A program made the translations under genes and the position numbers. From contig CAIKUF010000338.1 in NCBI GenBank assembly GCA_903830565.1, positions 1 through 12,928 of the forward strand: a stretch of 12,928 bases of DNA, written 5' to 3'. The first letter of the stretch is position 1, and each line of letters opens with the position of its first letter. A model generated the notes under the pieces. The model was not told the origin of the DNA. It saw only the letters and a program-made list of their open reading frames with translations, and searched no databases. The stretch comes from an uncultured bacterium (GTDB lineage: Bacteria; Pseudomonadota; Gammaproteobacteria; Burkholderiales; Burkholderiaceae_C). This document shows positions 7,857-12,928 of this stretch, piece after piece.

Positions 7857-10800
7857 CTATGCCGCCGCCCGCTGCCTGATCTCGTCTAGCACCTGCACCA
7901 TCCGATCAACCTTGGCGGTCGGAAACAGACCTTCCGGTCCCTGCGGGCTGATGTCGAGGAACGGCGACTCGTACAGCCGCGCGGCCTCCATCACGCCGTT
8001 GGTCGTCAGCTCGGAAACGATCAATTCGATGAACTCGATCTGGTCCGGCGTGGCCTGGGTGCCCGCGATCACGTCACTGAAAGCCTGCGCAACTGCCTCG
8101 CGTTCCATGCCGACCAAAGATCGGATGAAGATGCCCAGCCCGAACTTGTCCTCTGCCGCCTTCTGGATCAACTCCGGCGTGCCGCCGGCGTCGACCAGCA
8201 TGCGCTGCAGTTCCACCACGTCGGCGGGCGTCAGTGCCTGGCCGCGCCGCAGCCGCTGCAAGGCCAGATGGCCCAGGTGGGCCTTGAGGAACTGCCGCGC
8301 CTTGTCCTTGAACCTGGCCATGTCCAGGCCGTTAGCGACTTCGGGCAGGTCGAAGGTGGTCTCGGTGCCCAGCTCGTCGATGAAGTCGGTGTAGACCACC
8401 TTCTTCTTCGACTTCTCGATCAGCTTGACCAGCAGGCGCAGCCGCTTGCGAGCGTTCTCCAACATGCCCAGCGTCACATCGTTCCACCATTCGTCACCTG
8501 CGATAGCCTGGATCAGCACCATTTCGGCCTGGATGGCGGGCACGGCTTCCTGCTCCTCCAGTGCGCTGGCAATGGCGCGAATCTGATCCCGCAGCGCGCC
8601 AAACCCAGGCGCGGCTTGCAGGATGGCCAGTTGGGTGCGCAGCACAAGCAGGTCGAAGCGTTTGGCCTCCTCGTCAGCGTCCACCAGCTCGGTGGGCAGG
8701 CCGGCGATGTGGCTGGCCAGTTCGGCGTGGTCGTCGCCAGTCAACGCATGCCAGGCTTCAGGCCGGGTGAACTTTTCGACCGCGCGCCGCTGCGGCCGCA
8801 CCACGAAGTTCTCGACATTCATGGCCGCCACCAGCTGGTGCAGGTGGCCGGCCGTGCTGTCACGCAACTGCTGGTGGTTGGGCTGCGGCCCGTACTTGGC
8901 AGGCGACTCGTTGATCTGCTGCCCATCGACGACCTTACGGTCCAGCTCATCAATCAGGCTCAACCGCGCCTTGAACAAGCGCGTGCCCAAGGATTCGCTG
9001 GAACTGCCGTCGGTGGTGTCGGGGTTCTGGCTGAAGAATTCCAGGTTCTGGCAATAGTCGAACAGGTAGAAGAATTTCTTGTGTTCGCCCGGAGCGAACA
9101 AATCGGGGCACAGCCGCGTGCCGCGCCCCACCATCTGCCAGAACTTCGTGCGCGAGCGGACGATCTTGAAGAACACCAGGTTCACCACCTCGGGCACGTC
9201 GATGCCGGTGTCCAGCATGTCCACCGAGATGGCGATGTGCGGTGCCTTGTCCTTGGCCGAGAAGGCGTCGATCAGGCTCTGCGCGTAGACGGTCTTGTAG
9301 GTGACGACGCGCGCGAACTCGCCCTTGTAGTGTGGGTAGTTGACATTGAAACGCTCGGCGATGAACTCGGCGTGGTCGTTGTTCTTGGCGAACACGATGG
9401 TCTTGCCCAGCCTGTCGCCGCCGGCCACCTTCTGGCCCTTGGTCATCAGGTGCGCCAGCGCCTTGTCGACCGTGTCGGTGTTGAACAGCCACTGGTTCAG
9501 GGCCGCGGCCTCCACCTCGTCGGGCGGCGGGCTGCCGTCCTCACTCCACTCCAGGGCGTCCCACTGTTCCTTCTCGTCTTCGCTGAGTTGGGCGTACTTG
9601 ATGCCGTCGCGCTGAAACTTCAGCGGCACCGACACCGCCAGCGGCGGCACCAGATGGCCATCGGCCACCGCCTGGTCCAGCGGGTAGGCGTCGGTGGGCA
9701 CGCCGTCTTCGAGGTCGAACAGGCCATAGGTGTTGTGGTCGATCTCGTCCTTGGGCGTGGCCGTCAGGCCCACCAGCAGGCAGTCGAAGTACTCGAAGAT
9801 GGCGCGGTACTTCTGGTAGACCGAGCGGTGCGCCTCGTCGATCACGATCAGGTCGAAATGGCCGACGCCGAAGCGGCGCTGCCCGTCCATGGCGTCGTCG
9901 ATCAAGCCCATCATCGTCGGGTAGGTGGAGACGAACACCCGGCCCTCGGTGTGCTTGTCGGTCACCAGGTTGACCGGCGATGAGTCCGGCAGGTGGCGCT
10001 TGAAGGCATTCACCGCCTGGTTCACCAATGCCACCCGGTCGGCCAGGAACAGCACTCGCTTGGCCCAGTTGGCGCGCATCAGCACATCGGCCAGGGCGAT
10101 CACCGTGCGTGTCTTGCCGGCGCCGGTGGCCATCACCGCCAACGCCTTGCGCAGGTGGTGCTTCTCGAATGTCTCGCCGATGCGGCGCACGGTGCGCACC
10201 TGGTAGTAGCGCTCGACGATGCCGGCGTCTATCGCCGCGCTGGCCAGCGGTTTGCGGCTGCTGCGGCGCTGGATCATCAGCGCCAGCTCGGCCTTCTTGT
10301 AGAACCCCTGCACTGCACGCGGCGGGTAGAGCGCATCGTCCCAGATCCAGTGCTCATAGCCGTTGGAGCAGAAGATCACCGGCCGCTGGCCGTACTGCGC
10401 CTCCAGGCAATCGGCATACAGCTTGGCTTGCTGCTGGCCCTCCTTGGCGCCCTTCTTCGTGCGCTTGGCTTCCACCAGCGCCAGCGGCTTGCCGTCGTCA
10501 CCCCACAGCACGTAATCGACGAAGCCCTTGCCTTGCTCGTTGGGCATGCCGGCGACTTCGATCTCGAAATTCTTCTTCGGGTCGAGTTGCCAGCCGGCCT
10601 CCTTCAGCAGCAGGTCGATAAAGTAGTCGCGGGTTGCCGCTTCGGAATAGTCGTGCGTGTCGGGCGTGGCGGCGTTGGCCCGCTTGGCTGCGGTCACCTC
10701 TTCGCGCAGCCGGGCCAGCTCGGCATCCAGCGCCGCCGTGGTGCCAAGCAGCGTGGAGAGCCTTTCATCGCGCTCGGCGAGCTGCGCCTCCAGCTTCTGC

Positions 10801-11273
10801 AACTGGTCCAGGGTCTGCGGTGGCAGGGCCGGTGCTGCGGCGGCAGGCCGGGTCAGCAGCGCCGGGTTGAAGTCCAGCCCGGGGTCGGGCCGGCCGCGCT
10901 GACCATAGGTGCGCGCCAGCCAGTAGCCGATGTGGAACAGCTCGCGCGTGGCCACCATGGCATCGGCCGGCAGCACCTTGCGGGCGCTGTGCACAGCCTG
11001 GTTGCCCAGTTCCTTGATCACCTTTGCCTTGGTGAACACCGCCTGGCCCACTACCTGGGCGAAGCTGGGCTCGTGGATCAGTGCGCTCAGGTTGTCCTGG
11101 TAGGGCAGGCGCAAGCCACGGTCATGCTTGTAGAGCCAGGCCACCGCCAGTTCCAGCGTGCGCCGGGCGTAGAAGCAGGCGACCCGGGCATCGGCATGCA
11201 CCATGTCTTCGGCCTTGGTTGCCGACTCGTGCAGCAGCGGCCACTCAGCCAGCAGGAAGCTGAAGTTGCTCAT
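7857..11273 (-). CDS. hsdR: Type I restriction enzyme R subunit (HsdR): N-terminal DUF4145-like domain, PD-(D/E)xK nuclease, SF2 DEAH helicase, EcoEI_R_C-like C-terminus
   Basis: 1138 aa from MSNFSFLLAEWPLLHESATKAE. HsdR_N nuclease motifs ATRDYFIDLLLKEAGWQL and FVDYVLWGDDGKPLALVEAKRTKK. Helicase motif I MATGAGKTRT, motif II LIVIDEAHRS, motif VI QMVGRGTRL. The longest ORF starts at 11318, but the family-typical N-terminus begins at ATG 11273. Confidence 0.85.
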   Translation of the reverse strand: MSNFSFLLAEWPLLHESATKAEDMVHADARVACFYARRTLELAVAWLYKHDRGLRLPYQDNLSALIHEPSFAQVVGQAVFTKAKVIKELGNQAVHSARKVLPADAMVATRELFHIGYWLARTYGQRGRPDPGLDFNPALLTRPAAAAPALPPQTLDQLQKLEAQLAERDERLSTLLGTTAALDAELARLREEVTAAKRANAATPDTHDYSEAATRDYFIDLLLKEAGWQLDPKKNFEIEVAGMPNEQGKGFVDYVLWGDDGKPLALVEAKRTKKGAKEGQQQAKLYADCLEAQYGQRPVIFCSNGYEHWIWDDALYPPRAVQGFYKKAELALMIQRRSSRKPLASAAIDAGIVERYYQVRTVRRIGETFEKHHLRKALAVMATGAGKTRTVIALADVLMRANWAKRVLFLADRVALVNQAVNAFKRHLPDSSPVNLVTDKHTEGRVFVSTYPTMMGLIDDAMDGQRRFGVGHFDLIVIDEAHRSVYQKYRAIFEYFDCLLVGLTATPKDEIDHNTYGLFDLEDGVPTDAYPLDQAVADGHLVPPLAVSVPLKFQRDGIKYAQLSEDEKEQWDALEWSEDGSPPPDEVEAAALNQWLFNTDTVDKALAHLMTKGQKVAGGDRLGKTIVFAKNNDHAEFIAERFNVNYPHYKGEFARVVTYKTVYAQSLIDAFSAKDKAPHIAISVDMLDTGIDVPEVVNLVFFKIVRSRTKFWQMVGRGTRLCPDLFAPGEHKKFFYLFDYCQNLEFFSQNPDTTDGSSSESLGTRLFKARLSLIDELDRKVVDGQQINESPAKYGPQPNHQQLRDSTAGHLHQLVAAMNVENFVVRPQRRAVEKFTRPEAWHALTGDDHAELASHIAGLPTELVDADEEAKRFDLLVLRTQLAILQAAPGFGALRDQIRAIASALEEQEAVPAIQAEMVLIQAIAGDEWWNDVTLGMLENARKRLRLLVKLIEKSKKKVVYTDFIDELGTETTFDLPEVANGLDMARFKDKARQFLKAHLGHLALQRLRRGQALTPADVVELQRMLVDAGGTPELIQKAAEDKFGLGIFIRSLVGMEREAVAQAFSDVIAGTQATPDQIEFIELIVSELTTNGVMEAARLYESPFLDISPQGPEGLFPTAKVDRMVQVLDEIRQRAAA

Positions 11274-11291
11274 GCCTGCCCGCCCCATGGA

Positions 11292-11415
11292 TTGCAATTG
11301 GCGGCGCCGCGGTTGCAAATGCCCCAGCGTGCCAACTCATTGAAAGGCAAGGCAAATTTCGGCTGCATTGCAACTTCAGCCAGCCTCGTTTGCAACTTGC
11401 TGGCCGGGGTTGCAA
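11292..11415. repeat. Array of five palindromic TTGCAA hexamers in the hsdR leader
   Basis: TTGCAA at 11292, 11313, 11368, 11390 and 11410 (start-to-start gaps 21, 55, 22, 20 bp). The first copy is the extended palindrome ATTGCAAT. Flanks resemble each other (gTTGCAACTT twice). Confidence 0.6.
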
Positions 11416-11443
11416 TCGGCCGGCGGCGGGCCGGGATGTTTGG

Positions 11444-12031
11444 TCATGGCTTGGCAGGGGTCGCCTGAACCTGGGCTTCCACGGCCGCAGCCAGCAGCGG
11501 CGCCACACCGCGCAACCCGTCCAGCGTGAGGCGGCCGGACAAGTACATGTCGTACCAGGACTTGCGCCAGCGGATCACCCGCTCACCGTCGCGCAGCTTC
11601 AATCGCTTCAGCGTGAATTCGGCCTTTGCGCGGTAGGCGGCGGGCACAGCATCCGTGACGCGCAACTGCAACGAAGGCAGGATGATCTCGAACCAACCGG
11701 CACCGACTTCAAAAGGGTCGAGCACCGCATCGTCCGCATCACGCTTGGATGAGTTCAAGGGCCCGGAAGCGAAGCGGTAGTTGCTCCACTCATAGGCCAG
11801 ATCGCGGTGGCGCTTGAAGCTGAGAAAGTGATCCACCGTGCCGCCGGTCGGATCGTGCATGGCAGCGTAGCCGCACAGGTTGTGGAAAGCCTCGGACAAC
11901 TGCGATGTGTAGGTCGCCCACAGTGCCGGGGGCCGTGCTGCCTCTGGGTTGTTTGCCAACCATGCGTCGCCCGGGACCTTGACTTTGGCATCGAAGCCGC
12001 GAGGCTTCTTTGCCCGGGCCATAGGGATCAT
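11444..12031 (-). CDS. HNH-like nuclease of the TIGR02646 / Septu PtuB type (putative)
   Basis: 195 aa. Motif CGYAAMHDPTGGTVDHFLSFKRHRDLAYEWSNYRFASGPLNSSKRD fits the TIGR02646 HNH core (D/E-H-F-x-P/S-x-S ... LAY-x-W-x-N-L-x-x-A-x-x-x-N-x-x-K). Its start overlaps the upstream ATPase stop as ATGA (12028-12031). Confidence 0.55.
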   Translation of the reverse strand: MIPMARAKKPRGFDAKVKVPGDAWLANNPEAARPPALWATYTSQLSEAFHNLCGYAAMHDPTGGTVDHFLSFKRHRDLAYEWSNYRFASGPLNSSKRDADDAVLDPFEVGAGWFEIILPSLQLRVTDAVPAAYRAKAEFTLKRLKLRDGERVIRWRKSWYDMYLSGRLTLDGLRGVAPLLAAAVEAQVQATPAKP

Positions 12032-12928
12032 GGGGCGCCCCCGACCCGGCCTACTCCTTTGATCATCTTGGTGTCGACCAACCAGCGTGGCCAGAACTCA
12101 TCGCCGACCGACAGCAGCTTGCGCAATTGGGCGTGAATGGCCGCCTGGGAGTCCAGCCCCGCGGGCAATGGCTTGTCGCCCCGCATGAAGGCTTCGGCTG
12201 CCTCGATGGCCCGTTCGGCTTCTACTGACCGCGCTTGTTCCAGCCCGAAAGTCTCTGACACCAGCCAGCTGCTGGCGTCGCCCTGGGTGGCCCAGCCGCC
12301 TTGGTCGATAGCCACTTGGCCGTTGCGCAGCGACAGGTGGATCAGGTCATCCTTGCCCGCATCGAAATAGGGCTCCAGCGACGCCGCCACCAGCGGCGAA
12401 TGGGTGGCCACCAGCATCTGCGGCGCACGGCCTGCCTTGCCGCGCAGAGTGTCGATGGCCTTCAGCACGCTGGGCAGTACGACGCGCTGCCAGCGCGGGT
12501 GCAGATGCGTCTCGGGCTCGTCGAACAGCACCACGAAGCGGTCTTCCGGCTTCTTGCCGAGCAGTTGAGCCGCGGCCCGGTGCTCGTGCCAGGCCCACAC
12601 CAGAAAGTAGGCCAGCGCCAGCACCCGCCGCACGCCGGCCGAGGCCAGCGACACCGGCACCGTCTGGTTGCCCACCAGCAGCGTGGGCCGGTCGCGGCCC
12701 TCGCCCAGGAATACCCGCTGCGGCTGCCCCACCCGTAGCGGCTCCGACGGCGGCGACAGCACACGCAGCACTTCTTCCAGCACCTGGAACTGCGGCTCGC
12801 GGCCTTCCAGCCAGTTGACCCAGTCCCGTTCCAGGCCCTCACACACACGCTGGCCCTTGATGTCCAGGCCGTCCCACACCTGCGGTGCCTGAAAGTGATA
12901 AGCCGCGGGCCGGCCGGGGTCGGTGCGC
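12028..12928 (-). CDS. ABC/SMC-like AAA ATPase (AAA_15/AAA_21 type, PtuA-like), 5'-truncated by the window end
   Basis: The reading frame stays open to the window edge (no stop upstream of the GTG at 12879). ABC-signature-like SLASAGVRRVLALAYFL, Walker B RFVVLFDEPETHLHP, H-loop QMLVATHSP, then a ~140-aa C-terminal extension. Translationally coupled to the HNH gene. Confidence 0.6.
   Translation of the reverse strand, partial: RTDPGRPAAYHFQAPQVWDGLDIKGQRVCEGLERDWVNWLEGREPQFQVLEEVLRVLSPPSEPLRVGQPQRVFLGEGRDRPTLLVGNQTVPVSLASAGVRRVLALAYFLVWAWHEHRAAAQLLGKKPEDRFVVLFDEPETHLHPRWQRVVLPSVLKAIDTLRGKAGRAPQMLVATHSPLVAASLEPYFDAGKDDLIHLSLRNGQVAIDQGGWATQGDASSWLVSETFGLEQARSVEAERAIEAAEAFMRGDKPLPAGLDSQAAIHAQLRKLLSVGDEFWPRWLVDTKMIKGVGRVGGAP

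Noticed and set aside
8268-9983. 571-aa plus-strand ORF (also 9993..11468, 491 aa)
   Set aside because: Antisense to hsdR, which has unambiguous nuclease and helicase motifs. Leu/Val/Gly/Arg-rich mirror-frame artefacts.
11300-11420. Sigma-54 (-24/-12) promoter interpretation of the TTGCA motifs
   Set aside because: Candidate TGGCAC...TTGC pairs on the minus strand have 10-nt or 3-nt spacing rather than the required GG-N10-GC geometry.
1-12928. CRISPR arrays, tRNA/rRNA genes
   Set aside because: No spacer-repeat periodicity and no cloverleaf-compatible or rRNA-like segments were seen. All long stretches are accounted for by protein-coding genes.

Overview
High-GC (~68%) bacterial sequence, probably from a proteobacterial chromosome, in which housekeeping genes are interrupted by accessory DNA. 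Read left to right, the window holds the following. (i) A 17-codon fragment at the left edge that looks like the N-terminus of a transposase OrfA, on the minus strand. (ii) A vapBC toxin-antitoxin module on the minus strand, with an intact PIN toxin and an antitoxin that appears to lack its N-terminal DNA-binding part. The module is jammed directly against the 3' end of iorB. (iii) iorA-iorB, encoding indolepyruvate/2-oxoacid:ferredoxin oxidoreductase, on the minus strand. (iv) A 694-aa flotillin/SPFH membrane protein on the minus strand, with a triplicated segment of about 73 aa encoded by tandem DNA repeats of about 220 bp. (v) A divergently transcribed NhaP-type (CPA1) cation/proton antiporter on the plus strand. 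(vi) A decayed IS5-family (IS427/IS1031-like) transposase remnant, frameshifted and truncated. (vii) A 1138-aa type I restriction R subunit (HsdR) on the minus strand, with no hsdM or hsdS anywhere in the window. (viii) Immediately upstream of hsdR and in the same orientation, a translationally coupled pair: an ABC/SMC-like AAA ATPase (5' end outside the window) and a small HNH-like nuclease of the TIGR02646/PtuB type. I read this pair as a candidate Septu-like anti-phage module embedded in a type I R-M locus. The 125-bp leader between this pair and hsdR carries five copies of the palindromic hexamer TTGCAA at a spacing of about 21 bp. Most of the remaining long ORFs in the six-frame track are antisense high-GC artefacts.
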